This document shows, piece after piece, positions 47,001 through 61,200 of a stretch of DNA of 64,000 nucleotides (its first letter is position 1; every line of letters starts with the position of its first letter). This DNA is from Kiritimatiellia bacterium (lineage in GTDB: Bacteria > Verrucomicrobiota > Kiritimatiellia > CAIQIC01 > Lenti-01): contig JAFXQI010000022.1 of the NCBI GenBank assembly GCA_017527155.1, positions 160-64,159 of the forward strand, in the 5' to 3' direction. Below the pieces are notes generated by a model that saw only the letters and a program-made list of their open reading frames with translations, was not told the DNA's origin and searched no databases. A program made the translations under genes and the position numbers.

Positions 47001-47420
47001 CAGCAGGGCGACCTCGAACGCGCCGAAAAAGCCTTCCGCAACGGCATCGTCCAGCAGCGGAACCCCTTCCTCCTCAACAACCTCGCCCACGTCATCACCG
47101 AGCGCGGCGGCGACTACTACAACGCCCTGTCCCTCGTCGAAGAAGCCATCCGCCGCGACCCCACCGAAATCTCCTTCCTCGCCACCCGCGCCGCCGTCAA
47201 CCTCCACCTCGGCGACCCCGCCGCCACCCTCCGCGACCTCTTCGTCCTCAAGCAGGCCGGCCAGATGAACCACTCCCGCTGGCTTCTCTGCATGGAAGCC
47301 CTCGTCCAGCTCGGCAAATGCGAAGAAGCCCGCCGCGTCGGCCTCTCCATCGCCCGCGACCCCGCCCTCTCCCCCTCCGACCTCTCCCGCATCCACGACC
47401 TCATCGCCTCCTGCAAATAG
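44073..47420 (+). CDS. polytopic membrane protein with C-terminal TPR repeats (paralog 3 of 3)
   Basis: 1115 aa. Same architecture (LVLYLLTMSWSAFPGPP; SLPHTFHMAMLM). ATG at 44073 is preferred over the upstream TTG inside the heptamer repeat. Confidence 0.5.
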   Translation: MSSPSSNLPPPRPGFLPGLLDRIRSRLRPAPPPRKPPTLGSFTPDGKFQFFQPRDVDAFFEGRDAHAAIKFDAYAHLHPRRWVLDIALFCIALVLYLLTMSWSAFPGPPTNELLSKMSVEATPSPTDFLWGWAVRLLDRFPVLPLPSWMGLVSAFFGALTVAMLTDLMMNVGYLVRNEPGPWSFEFEAYGRRLSAFCAGLFLAICPPFWIASTRSLPHTFHMAMLMACACLFSRYQHWGRKRDLFALAFLFGIGCTESSAFLVFLPAFIPLMIRELVRWNKASSFGHHLLLWGTLALSAAGLYAFNAHVLYKRGLFMEIYASPLDALLGILRAQLSVVSAANGHPGFLVLMAFTLIPWLIAFLITHRSPWFYERWEVCVRITCLAGLLGILYDCNYSPWKLMGMYPCLVTPYLLVAGSFGYICGEFLIFGERNKLCEIRTCQKVLHRVSFVFALCLPFLVAGAAVRNYGTADGRYARLVEDASLDILDRRGAGRDIFFSSGILDNTLRLLTWQKRDPTCFINTRQLNSRTYLKTLTRFIIDPVLTPMLAKGDIIQFLDELLLNRGDYFRIGLIDFTNPVFLEYGDFVPDGYFYTVEPDLASVDWTARFEHQRPFWKLLQDMRDTPIPEGNPMYRFREALLRIAGKGIDNFAIELLRAGRPADANEVLRIGHGIDPENVSILLNLASMASEYPLEEGFDPDAEVDRIIPLIHGHRWNCGANFGFVWDARSWVRNGRVWAISAEVPRTLAQRRAAENNFEEDALHAKWIDIAFGLYGVPRPDEIACRNALVRDDHDQHALLELAFLAMRAKDLEMARAYIVEALSVGHAEAEVAFHRALLQYLDGERAEAFESVRYQTTYDTLNERLWITDLLMAEDANDEKEIYRARSALAMFRPGLLGTHLSLARHFMDLKLWRLAQRELDRAAEIAPSTVILWEMMGEVASQTGNAALMQVSLRALQARNPQHYLKYQNEGLLAYQQGDLERAEKAFRNGIVQQRNPFLLNNLAHVITERGGDYYNALSLVEEAIRRDPTEISFLATRAAVNLHLGDPAATLRDLFVLKQAGQMNHSRWLLCMEALVQLGKCEEARRVGLSIARDPALSPSDLSRIHDLIASCK

Positions 47421-48980
<1,560 letters not shown>

Positions 48981-48998
48981 CCCCCTGTCCTTCCCCCC

Positions 48999-49030
48999 GG
49001 GCGGCCCTCCCAAGGGCCGCCCTTTTTTTT
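48999..49030 (+). terminator. rho-independent terminator of eno
   Basis: GGGCGGCCC-TCCCAA-GGGCCGCCC followed by T8. Confidence 0.85.
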
Positions 49031-49264
49031 GCCCCCCGAGGTTCCGCACCCACCCCGAAAGAGCCGCCCCCCTCTTTTTCCCCCTCCCCCTTCACGCCCC
49101 CCCGTTCCCCCCTTCTACCCATCCCTCCAAGCGGTCCCGCGCCCGGCCCGAAAGGGCCGGGTCCCTCCCCCTCCTCCCCCTCACACCCCCCGTTTCCCCC
49201 TTCCACGAGGTCCCGCTCCCCGCCGCGTGCGGCGGGGACTCCCCGCTCCCCAAAGTGCCCCCCG

Positions 49265-52200
49265 TCACTCCCCCGCCTGCATGTGCCGGTTCGGCAGCGT
49301 GTAGAATTTCTTCGGGTTGTACGTCCAGGTCCAGCTCTCCCCGGCCCCGCCGCTCTTCGACACGATCACCAGCACGTCGTTCGGCTTGAAGTACCCGGCC
49401 GGCACCATCCCGTTCCCGCCCACGAACCGCCACTCGTACCGGACCTGGCCGTCCTCCACCACCTTCTTGCAGTAGCAGGAATGACCCGGCTCCCTCGTGA
49501 TGGTGTCGATCGTGTAGATCTGGTCGCCCCGGAACACCTGGCTCCCCTCCACGTACCCGAACCCGCTTTCCACCAGGTTCATCTCGGACGGATGCGCCGC
49601 CACCGGCAACCGCAACGCCACCACGTTGAACACCGGCGCCGTGACCTCCCCGCACTGGATCGCCTGGCTGAACCCGTTCGTCGGCACCTGCAGGATCGGC
49701 TTCCACACCATGTACGGCACGACCGTCGTGTTCCCGTTCGAGTGGCGGATCGTCTCCGTGCCGGCCACGTACTTCTCCGGCAGCTCGTTCGGCAGGTTGA
49801 TCGAAAACGCCCGCGTGAAGAAATTCCGGTCCGTCTGGACCACGTCTCCGACCGGCCGGTCGCCGCCATCCATCCATTCCCCGTCGTCGCGCAGCCAGTA
49901 CGTTTCGTGCGCCAGCGCGTTCGTGGCGGGCGTGAAGAAGTCGATGGTCGTCCCGAGCGCCGCCGTCGTCCCGCCGGGGAACTCCTCCGCCCCGCCGAAC
50001 ACGGCGTGGAACGTGTTCGTGTACGGCACGCCGTGCAGCGCCGTGTAGTTCTCCCCCGGCCGCAGCCGCACCGCCGTCTGCGCGTACACTTCCTCGCTGA
50101 CCAGCGGCGTCTGCGCCGTCACCTGCCCGGTCGTGGCGTTCGTCACGGCCTTCTTCCAGCGGTCCTTGTAGCTCGCGCGGTAGAAGCGGATCGACCCGCG
50201 GTTGGTCGGCCCGCCGTCGTCCACGAACCAGTTCGTCTTCACCGTCTGCAGCAACTTCCAGTCGTTGTCCGGCGACTCGCGGAAGTTCCGCGCGTCCCAC
50301 TGCAGCAGGTCGTAGTCCTTCGTCGCTTCGCCTTCCATCTCACCGGTTTCGGCGTTCCGCGTCATGCCGGCCGCGGTCCACTCCAGGGCGGACACCACGG
50401 CGTTGGTCAGGCGCTGGCCGATGTCGGAGACGCGCCCTTCGAGCGCCGTCACCGCCTCCGCCTTCGGCACGTGCCAGCCGCGCGTCAGGGAGAACTTGAT
50501 GGTGTTGTTCGTCGCCCAGCTGTTGGCGTTGACCGGGCCTTCGTTCCCGGCCTTGTCCACGCCGACGACCACGACGACGTACTCCTGGTCGAAGTCCAGG
50601 TCGTACAACCGCACGGTCTGCTGGTTGTTCGCGTCCTTCGTGATCTGGTCCCAGCCGCTGTACTTGCGCTTCCCGCCCACGGCCGGCGCGGTCACGTCCT
50701 CGATCTCGGCTCCGTTCTCCACGTGCTTCCACCCGGCCCCGTGGTACTTCGGACGTCCCTGGTCGTCGGTTCCTTCGATCAGCGTCTCGTACAGGTACGT
50801 TTCCGTGCTCTTCCCGGCCTTCGAGGCCTTGTCCTCCATATCCACCGGATCGTACGTCGTGTAGTAGACCCGGTACGTCCCCCACGGCGAGAGGACGTCC
50901 TTGCCCGACCAGCCGGTCTGGTAGTTGGCGTCATCCGGATCGTCCGGCCCGATGTCGTTGGAGAACCACGTCAGGTCGAACTGCGTCGTCGGGTCGTCCA
51001 CCTGGTCCGTGCTGGCCCCCTTCCCGTGGCTCTTGAACGCCACCGGCGTCGGCGCCGTGATGTCGTACGCCGTGTGGAACGCCGCCGCGGCGCCGACCAT
51101 CCGGTCGTTCCGCCGGTCGTTGTCCGCGTCGACGGCGTACAGGAACTTGTTCTGCAGGCCCTGCGCTTCGGGCGTCGCCACGTAGCGCATCATCCCCGTC
51201 GTTCCCGCGCCCTTCTTCACGGACAGCCGCACGTCGTCCACGTTCGCTCCCGCACTGTTCGCGAACAGGCAGAACCGCATGTACGCCGCGCCGGCTGGCA
51301 CCGTGATGGTCTTCGTCGCCAGCGCGCGGTCCTTCAGCCACTCCTCGACCGGGTCCCCGCTCGCACCGCTCCCCGTGTTGAACTGATAGGCGCCACCGCC
51401 GGCCTGGTTCCCGCTCGGGCTCGTCCACATCACGTCCCCGCCGTCGAAGTCGGCCGTCGCCGCCGCCAGCTGGATCTGCGCGTACACGATGGTTCCCGCC
51501 CCGCGCTTGTACACGCTGGCCGTCACGTCCACGTCCACCGTGTAGTCGCTCCCGGAGACCTCCAGCGGCAGGATCTGCGCCACTTCGGGATACCCGTTCG
51601 CCGACGTGTGCGCCTGCAGGTAGAAGGAATTCACGCCCTCCTTCGCCGTCACCTTGGCGCCTCCCTTCGACACGCCGGTCGGCTGCACGCCGGACCCGGA
51701 GACGTTGCACGTCCAGGGCTCCGCCGTGGCGTTCTCGAAGCCGCCGTTCCCGGCCGCCCCGTTCGTCACGGTCACGCTGTACGCCGACGCCGCCGCCCGC
51801 CCCGCGTCCGTGTCCGCCAGCGCGACGCGGTACTCGCCGACGCCGGTGACGCCGTCCTGGACGACGTCGATCCACCCGTTCGCCGTCATCTCCTCCGCCG
51901 TGGGCGCCTCGTCGTGGGCGACGGCGAAGGTGATGGTGAAGTCGGGCTTGTTGGTCCACAGCGGCTCGGTGACGGAGTCCATGGAGACGCCGTTGACGGC
52001 CACGCCGGACGGCGCCGTCGGCCCCTTCACGTCCTGGTCCACGACGGTGAACCCGAAGTCGCCGTCGATCTTGAGGCGGTCGACGTTCTCGCCGCCGCTG
52101 GTGCGGTCCGCGTCGGCGTCCCAGACCTCGACGGACCCGGTGTAGTCGCCGAGGACGACGTTGTTGTAGCCGGCGGCGACGCCGGAGAGGTCGACGGCGA

Positions 52201-55200
52201 ACTCACCGGCGGCCTCGCTCTTCGCGTCGGCCATCGACCCGGTGAAGGCCAGGGCGGTCGTGGGCACCAGCGTGGTCCCGCCGCGCTTGAGCGAGTAGGT
52301 GGCCTCGCTGATGCCGCTCTTCTCGTCCCAGGCGTTGCCGGTAAGGCTGCCGAGGGAAGCCCCGCCGGCCAGCGCGTGGTCGGTCACGTACGTCACGTCC
52401 TCGGTCTGCCCGTTCGCGTACGTCACCGTCCCCTCGACCGTCAAATCGTGGATGTACCACGGCGCCCCGACGCCCTTCGACGGGTCGGCGCATCCCGTGC
52501 CGCGGATTCGCAGTTCGTTCAGCGAGTTCCCGTCCAGCGTGATGTCCACCGCCAGCGAGCACCCGTCCTTCCACGTCTTGATGGTGTCGGCGGTCCACGC
52601 CGACGCGCCGGAAGGCAGCAGCGAGAGGCTGCCCAGCGTCGTTTCGGTGCCGTCGGCGGGCGCGTCCGTGTCCGGGTCGATGGAGGCGGCGGTGATGCCC
52701 GAGACGAGGGACACCGTGCAGGCCGTCGGCGAGTTCGTGCTGCCGGTCTTGCTGTCGAAGGAGATCTTGTTGATCTTGAAGACGGCCCCGTCGTCGCCGG
52801 TGGTCCCGACGAGCGTCTCCAGGCGCACGTACCAGTACTTGGTCCCGAAGTGCCAGCCCGACTGGTAGACGCCCCACCCCTTGCTTGCGTCGGCCGAATC
52901 GTACGCGATCGGCCGCAGCGGCTTCGGCGGCTCGGCCCCGCCGCCGGCGCGCGCCTTGAGGACGCTGGCGTTGAGCCCGTTCGCGTGCTTCGTCGCCGCC
53001 GCGGCCGTTGCCTCGGGCTTGTCGCCGAAGCACCACGCCGCCAGCGTGTTGCCCGTGCGCGGCTTCATGCTCGTCATCTTGATTTCCGGCGGATCCTCGT
53101 CGTCGTCGTACACCCGCAGCACGCCGAAGTCGCCGTTGAGCGTGGTCTGGTCGCCGGCCCGGTCGTCGTCCGCGTCCGCCACCGTGATCTTCAGGTGCGT
53201 CCCGCCCTCTTCGGAGGCGGCGAACCACTTCTGCACGTTGTCGGTCGTCAGCGCCTCGTCCACCTGCCACGAGAGCGAGCTCGCGGGGTCCTTGCCGCCG
53301 TCGACGAGCGACGCGCTGCGCGTGTGGGCCGCGCCCGAGCCGGCGACCGTCTCCAGCCCGCTCTTGAACACGGCCGTCGCCTCGTCCAGCCCGCTGCCCG
53401 GGTCGCTGACGCGCGCAAGGAACGTCGGCCGCGCCCCGACCAGGGCCGCGTCGCTGACCGCCACCTCGTCGGGCGTCCCGCGCACCTGGATGCAGTCCAT
53501 GCGGAACGACCCGTTACCCGTCTTGCGCTCGGAGACCACCACGCGGAACCACAGGTGGCCGACGCCGCGCGGGATCGCCGGCGCCCCGTCCTTCTCGTAT
53601 TCCAGGCTCCCCACGAACTCCGCGAACGTGCTCGCCCCGCCCGTGCCCGTCGTCGCGTCCAGCTCCAGCTCCCAGACGTCCTCCCACGACACGCCGTCCG
53701 TCGAGACCTGGACCTTGCCCGCCTTGAACCCGTCCGAACCGGTCGCGTACCAGAACGACACCTCGCGGTCCGTCATGCTCTCCATGTCCGTCTCGAACCC
53801 GATCCACGCCTCGTCCTCGGCCGTGATGTTGTACCCCTCCGTGTTGCACTTGAAGTACAGCTCGCCGTTCCCCACCTGGTTCACCCCGTTGAACTCCACC
53901 CCCGTCACGCCCTTGCCGGACCCGACGGACAGCAGGCGCTCCACCGTCCCCAGGTTCGCGCTGCACGTCAGTCGCGCGTTCTCCTTCTCCGCGCTCCCGC
54001 TCCAGACCTCCATCGCGGCCGCCGCGCTGGCGGTGTTCGTGAAGCTCCACCCCGCCAGCACGAAGTCGCGCGTCCCCGCCGCCCGCTCCAGCAGGTCCGG
54101 CACCCCGCCCGTCTTCGTCAGGTACAGCCCGTTCCCCTCCGCCCCCAGCACCGGCGCCACCTCGTCGTCGTCGTACACCGTGAACTCCATGTTCCCCCCC
54201 AGGCCGATGTTCCGGTCGTACTGCCCCGCCGTCGCCACGAAGTTCGTGTACTTCGGTGTCGTGTCGTAGTCGTCGTTCAGTCGCGGCTCCGGCCAACACC
54301 AGTCGCGGTACTCCCACTCGCTCTCGTCGATGATGTATGGCTTCGACCGCGGCAGGTGCGTCGCCGTCTCTTTGCGGCTCATGATGAATTTGCCGTCCTC
54401 GCTCGGTCCGTGGTCGATGATGTTCGCCGAGTTCCCGCATGCATCCAACCAGTTCAGGCTCACGCGGCTGCTGCCCTTGGCCGCCGTCACGGTCGCCTCG
54501 TCGAAGTCTTCCGCCTTCACCAGAAGGTAAGGGACCTTTCCGCCCGCATCCAGAACTTCGTTCGTCATGAGGATGTATCGCGCGCCCGCCTGCGTCAACG
54601 CCGTTTTCAGGGCAGCCAACCGGTTGTTTCGGATGGTCAGATCGTCGCCCGAAGCGCCCATTTTGTTGTTCAGCAACACAATGGTTTCCTTGTGGTGCAA
54701 GATGACGTGTTCGCTCGGGTTTTCCTCGGGGCAAATCCGGGCAAACGGATGGGTTCCATTGGGGATGAGGTTGTCATAAGTCGCACTGAAATCGTTCCCG
54801 CCAGACGATGCGTTCGCCGGCCGGAAGATGTAGTAGTCGTACAGGTCGATGTCGTGTCCCGTTCCGTTGTACAATTCGATGTACTTGTCCCAATACCGCC
54901 CTTCCCCGTATTCCCCGAAGAACAGATCCGACGCCCCGCCGCCGCCCGTTTCGCTCGCCGCCGTCACGGTCGCTTCCTTGCCGCCGATGCTCGTCATCTT
55001 CACTTCCACCGTGTAGGTCGCGTTCGTCGAAATCCAGTTCGTCGGCACCGCCACCCCGACGGCTCCGCCGATCCTGCCCGCCGCGTTCGTCGTCCACCAC
55101 TCCGGATACGCCGAGTCCCGCGCCCCGTCCAGATGGACCGCCACGGGCGCGCCGCCCGTGCCCGCCCGCGTGTCGTTCGTCGTCACCGCCCCCGTCTGCG

Positions 55201-58200
55201 CGTTCGTCGTCGTCGCCCGCCACTCGGCCGGACGCAGCAGGCTGTTGCCCTCTTCGTCCTTGATCGTGAAGCTCGCCGCCGCGATGCCCGTCCGGTGGTA
55301 CAGCTCGAACTGCGCGTTCAGCCCCACGTCGCCGTGCGCCAGCGCGCCGTCGCTGATCTTCCACAGCCGGTGCCCGTCCGCGTCCTCGCCGACCATGATG
55401 CCGCTCCCCGCATCCGGCTTGTCGAAGTCGAACGACTCCACCTCCGGCGCGTTGAACAGGAACAGCTCCTCCCACGTCGAGGCGAACCGCACTTCGTCGA
55501 AGTACACGTGGCCCAGTTCCTTCCCGCTCTCGGACCCCGCCCGCAGCTGGATTTTCGCCACCGGCGCCGGCGTTCCCGAGAAGTCGCAGTCCGCGACGAA
55601 CGAATTCATCGCCGTCGGCAACGTGTCGAAGGACACCTCTTCGTCCCGGCCTTCGACCTTCTTCGAGAAGATTTCGGGAATCTGCCCCGCGCCCGCGTAG
55701 TACGCCCACATCCTGAACTTGCCGGCGTTCCGGTCCACCTGCCCGACCACGATGTAGTCGTTCCCGTGGCCCGAATACAGCTCGAACGGGTCGAACCCGG
55801 CGTACTGCCCGCCGTCGTACTCGATGGCGGCGTTGATGCTGTCCCACCCCGGCTTGCCGAACGACACGATGTCGTTCCCGCTCGCGTCCTGCAGCACGAT
55901 CTGGATCCACTTGCTCTCCGCTCCCGTCTCGGGATGCGGCTCGTCGTAGTTCAGGATGGCCGCCACGAAGAAGGTCCCTCCGTTCGGGCTCGCCAGCGCG
56001 CGCGTGAGTTTCGCCTCGTCGCGGGACCCCGTGGAGGTGTCCTGCCAGTACAGCTTGTTGGCCGCCGGAGCCGGATAGCGCGTCTCCCCGACCGGCAGGC
56101 TCGCGTCGTGGAGCTTCCACTTGTCCGTGTCGCCCGTCCACGGCCCGCCCCAGCCGCTGCCCGTCTCCGGCCGCGTCTCGTAATTGAAGGCCAGCGCCAG
56201 GTTCTGCGGGTCCGTGTCCCCGATTTCCGGCACGCTCGTCCGGTACGCGAACGCGTCCACGCCCTCGCCCGGCTCGTACTTCGCCGTCGTGCAGGGCCAG
56301 CCGCCCTCCTCGACCGCGCCGGCGACCGGCACGCCGCTGCCGTCCACGGCCGTGTGGTCCGTCACGGTCACCGCGCCGGTTGCGGCGTTGGTGGTGGAGG
56401 TGGTCCAGTGGTAGGCGGTGGGATGCACGGGCGTGCTGAAGAAGTGGCCCGTCGTCCCGTCGCCCGTCATCCCGTACACCGCGAAGTAGTTCGAGCTGCC
56501 CGGCGCCACCACGAACTCCCGCGCCGTCCACGTCCCCGCCAGATGGTTGTCCCCTGTTCCGTTGTACACCACCTTCCCCCACCCTTCGACCGTCGTCCCT
56601 TCGGCCAGCGCTTCGAGCCGCCCCTGCGGCGCCGCGTCCTCCGCGATTTCCTCGTCGCTCCGCACCACCACGTACGTCTTGCCGGCCGTCCGCGCCCAGC
56701 GCAGCACGACCATTTCCGCCCCGTCCGCCTCCGCGGTCGCCCAGGCCGGTGCCACTGGCGCCTCGTCGCAGAGCGTGAAGCGGAACTCCGCCGTCCCCTC
56801 CAGCGAATCCCCCGCGCGGTCCCGGTCGTGGTCCCACGCGCGGACCGTCACCACGCAGTTCGTCGTCCGCCACGCCGCGTCGAACGCGCTCGCCGGGATG
56901 CTCCCCGACAGCGCCACGTCCGTCCCCGCCCCGTCACCCGACGGCACGATCCCCGCCGACGCGAACGTCCCCGACGCCCGCTCCGTGTCATCGACCGTCA
57001 GCGTCCACCCCGGCGCCTTCGCCCCGCCCGTCCAGATGCCGCTCGCGTCGTGCACCATCCCCGTGAAGCTCAGCCCCGCCGACGCCGCCGTCGCCGCCGC
57101 CACCGCGCCGCCGATGTCGAACCCTTCCAGCTCCGGCGCCTCCGTGTCCTCGTCAATCACGTGGACGACCGACGGAATTTCCTGGCCCTTCTGGCAGGGG
57201 AAGTGGAAGTCGTCGAACAGCCCCCACTTCTTGTCGCTGCCCCCGGCCGTCGTGTCGTGCCCGTGGTTCCAGACCGCGCCCGCGTACGGGAGCGATTCGC
57301 CGATCAGGTCGCCGCCGGCGAGGTGGACCGTCGCCGCGAGGTCCGCGTCCGTGCATTCCTCCAGCGGGTTGCCGCCGGTGGACGCGACCTCCTTGACGAA
57401 CAGCTTCATCCGCGCCGGCACCTCGTCCTGCACGTCCTCGATGTACTCCTGCCCCGGCAGGAAGTCCACCCGCACCGCCAGCGTCTTGCCCGCGAACGTC
57501 CCCGTCCACCCGTGCGGCTTCGTCCCGTCCTCCACCCACGCCCCGGACCCGTTCTTCGTCCGCGGCACCAGCACCGTCCGCGTGCCGCTCTCGATCCACC
57601 CCTTCGAGAAGCGCACCAGCTCGATCCCCGCCCCCGTCATCGTCACCGCGTACCCCTTCTGCGCCGTGTCGTTCGCGAAGAACCCGCTCCCCGCCGCCCC
57701 CAGCACGAACGCGCCCGCCGTGCTCCCGTCCGTGAAGTTCACCGGCTCGCCGCCCATCCGGAAGTGGAAGCCCCACGACACCGCCGACGCCATGTCCTCC
57801 GGATTCTTCTCGTACCCCCAGTCCGACATATCCCTCACCGCCGCCGCGCGCCCGTCCTCCCCGCTCCGGTCCCCGTACGGCCCCCACAGCTCCAGCGCAC
57901 CGCCGTGGATTGCCGCCGAACCCGGCGTCGAATCCGTCGACTGCGCCACCCACCCCTCCTCCAGCGCCCCCAGCCCGTCGCCCTTGCGGTCCGCCCGCGT
58001 GAAGTCGTCCAGCAGCCACCCCTTCTCCGCCGGCGTGTACGTCCCCGCCGCCGCCGCCGGCACCTCGTGCGTCTTCGTCGCGTCCCACGCCGAGACCTCC
58101 ACCGTGTACGCCCCGCGCACCGCCCCTTCCGCGCCCAGCGCCGGCACCGCCGCCGAGAACTCCATGCACGACTTCCCGCCGTACGTCCGGGCGACCACCC

Positions 58201-61200
58201 CCGTGAACGCCTGCCCCGACAGCACCGCCGTCCCCTCCGGGTCCTTCAGCGTCCACGTCGCCGCCTTCGCGCCCGTCAGGTTCGTCCAGATCCCGTTGTA
58301 GTGCCACAGCACCACCTTCAGCTCCGGCCGCTTCGCCCCCGGCAGCTCCCCGCCCGTCCCGTCCGGCGTCCCCAGCGCCAGCGAGTGGTCCGCGATCGTG
58401 TCCTCGATCCCGAGCCCGTCCTCCACGTCCACCGTGAACACCGTCGGCGGCTCCGTGCTCGGGTCGTGGCATTCGCCCGCCAGCGGGATGTCGAACGTCT
58501 TGCCCGCGGCCACCGTCCCCTCCGGATTCGCGTTGTATGCGTTGCACGTCACACGCAGCACCGCGTCCTTCGTCCCCGCCGTCACCGGCGCGAACCGCAC
58601 CGTCACCGAGTGCGTCTGCCCCGGCTCCAGCGTCGCCGCCGCCCCGCCCGACACCACCGTGTACCCGATCCCCGACGGCACCACCGCGATCGACGCGATC
58701 TCCAGCGCCGGCGTCGTCGCCGGATTCAGCCGGCTCCCCGAGTTGCGCAGCGTGAACGTCTTCTCCGCCGACTCGTCCCGCTCCAGCGTCCTGAAGTCGT
58801 ACCGCTTCGGCACCGCCGCCAGCTGCGGCACGTCCGCCGTCGCCGCGCTGCCGCCCGTCGCGTTCGTGCAGCCCCCGTCGCTCCACGCCGTCACCATGTA
58901 CCAGTACGTCTCCCCCACCTCCAGACCGTCCACCGTACGGCTCCAAGGCGCCTCCGTCACCGTCGTCTGGTACTTCAGCCCCACCTTCCCGCTCCCCGAT
59001 CCCGACGGAACCGTCGGCACCACGCGGATGTTGTCGATGTACACGCGCTTCTTCGTCGTCTCGAAGCAAATCCAGAAATCCGTGTTCCCCGACGGCAGGC
59101 TCGCCTGGAACGTCTGCCAGCTGCTCCCCGGCTCCACCGACTTCAGCTCCGTCCACTCGTCGTTCTCCGCGTCGTCGTCCCCGTCGTCCAGGCAAATCTG
59201 CACCGACACCGTCGTGCCGTCCCCGTAATCCATCAAATCGAAGTAAACCGTTCCCCCGTTCGCCAGCCCACCCGCAATCCGCCGCGTCGTGATGAAGCCC
59301 GTCGCGGACCCCGACCCCAGCTTCGCGCTCCCCGAATTCGGATACACCTTGCCCCCGTACCACCCGCTCAACCCCGTGTAGCTGTCCAGATTCTCCCCGA
59401 CATCCGCCGTCGTGGTGGACGTGAAGCCCGCGAAATCCTGTTCCAGCACCGCCGAACCATCGCTTGACGAACTCGTCCACACCCCCTCCGTGTCCGAGAC
59501 CAGCACCGTGTAGTAGTCCGCCCCCGGCACCGGCGTCCAGGACAGCGTCAGCGCCGTCCCCGCGCCCGCCGGCGACACCGACGGCGCGCCCAGCGTCGCC
59601 TCCGCGCTCGCCGGCTCGCTCCCGGCGCTCGTCGTCGGCGTCCCTTCCACCGCCGCCGACTGCCACGCCCGGTACCAGTGCGTCGCGCAGCCCGCCAGCC
59701 CCGTGTCGTCGAACGCCACCAGCGTCGCCGATTCCGTCGCTACCGTCGCCACCACGCTCCCGTTCGCGTCCGCCAGCGCGTCCTCCCGGCTCGCGTACCG
59801 CTTCAGCGTCACCGTCGCCCCGGCCGCGCGCGTCACCGTACCCGTCACCTGCCCCGCCCCGGGCCCCGTCCACGCCGTCACCGTCGGCGCCCCCAGCAAC
59901 TCCGCCGTCGAAAAACTGTCGCTCCCCGACGTCCCGCCCGTGCAACCCCCGTCGCCCAGCGCCGTCACCTTCCACCCGTACCCCGTCGCCTCCGTCAGCC
60001 CGCCCAGGGTCACCCCCGTCGCCCCGTTCGCCGCCACCGTCACCGCGCTCCCCGCCTGCACCACCCCGCCGATCACGTCATCCACCTTCGTCCCGCTGGA
60101 GCCTCCCTCCCATTCAATCGTGATCGAGTTTGCATAGCTCGCCCCGCCGGACGGCACAATCAACACCGCCACGTAGCCGCTCTCCGAAATGTCGCCCGTC
60201 GACGGCGAAGCATAGGTCAAGGTTCCAATCTGCGTCGCCCCGCTCGTCGACGTCCCGTCAAACGTCCCGCTCGTCTTCCCATACACTTTGTAGGAATTGG
60301 CGTTCTTGAACCAGTCGACGGACACCGACTTCAGCGTCCCGCCGCTCGTCGTCGTCCAGATTCCCCGCTCATTCCCGCTCTTTGCATTCTGCTGGATGCC
60401 GCTGCCATTGTCGGAACTCGCCTTCGCAACTTCCCCGGCATATACGGCATCCGATCCATCGGCCGCCTGCACGCCACTGAAGCCCGAATACGCATTCACG
60501 CTCGTCACCCCCAGCGTCTCGATTGTCAGCTCGTCCGTCTTCGTCTCGCTCCCGCTCCCGCCCTCATAGTGCCACAAGTCAATCGCGTACCCCGCCGCCC
60601 CCGCCGCCGGGGCCCACGTCAGCGTCGCGTTGTGCGCCCCCGGCGTCCCGTGCCCCAGCCCCGTCGGCGCCGCCGGCGCGCTCGCGGCCGCCGTCCCCGT
60701 CCGCGCCGTCCCGCAAGCCACCCCGCCAATTACTTCCCAAGCCTTGAAATAGTGGGTCTTGCACCCGGTCACTCCGCTGACCGTGTAACTCCCGCCCGTC
60801 AGCCCCGTCGCCTCGTTCGCCCACGCCGTCCCCGGATCCGGAATCGCCGCCAGGCTGACGTCGCTCCACCGCACCAGCACGCTCCCGCCCGCCCCCGCCG
60901 TCCACGTCAAATCGACCTGCCCGCCCGCCGACGCCCCCGTCGCCGCCGAAAACGCCGTCAGGTTCCCGATCGTCTGCAAGCCCGTCGCCGACGTCTCCCC
61001 GTTCTTCCGCGCCCCCGTCGTCGCGAACGCGTCCTTCGTCAACGCCGCCACCCCGACCGTGTTCCCGCCCGACGCCCCCGCCTTCGTCACCGCCTCGATC
61101 CACACGTAGTACGTCTGCCCCGCCGTCAGCGTCTGCGCGCTCCCGAACGTCACCGTGTGGCTCCCCGCCGCACCCGCCGTCACCGTCCCCTTCACCGTCT

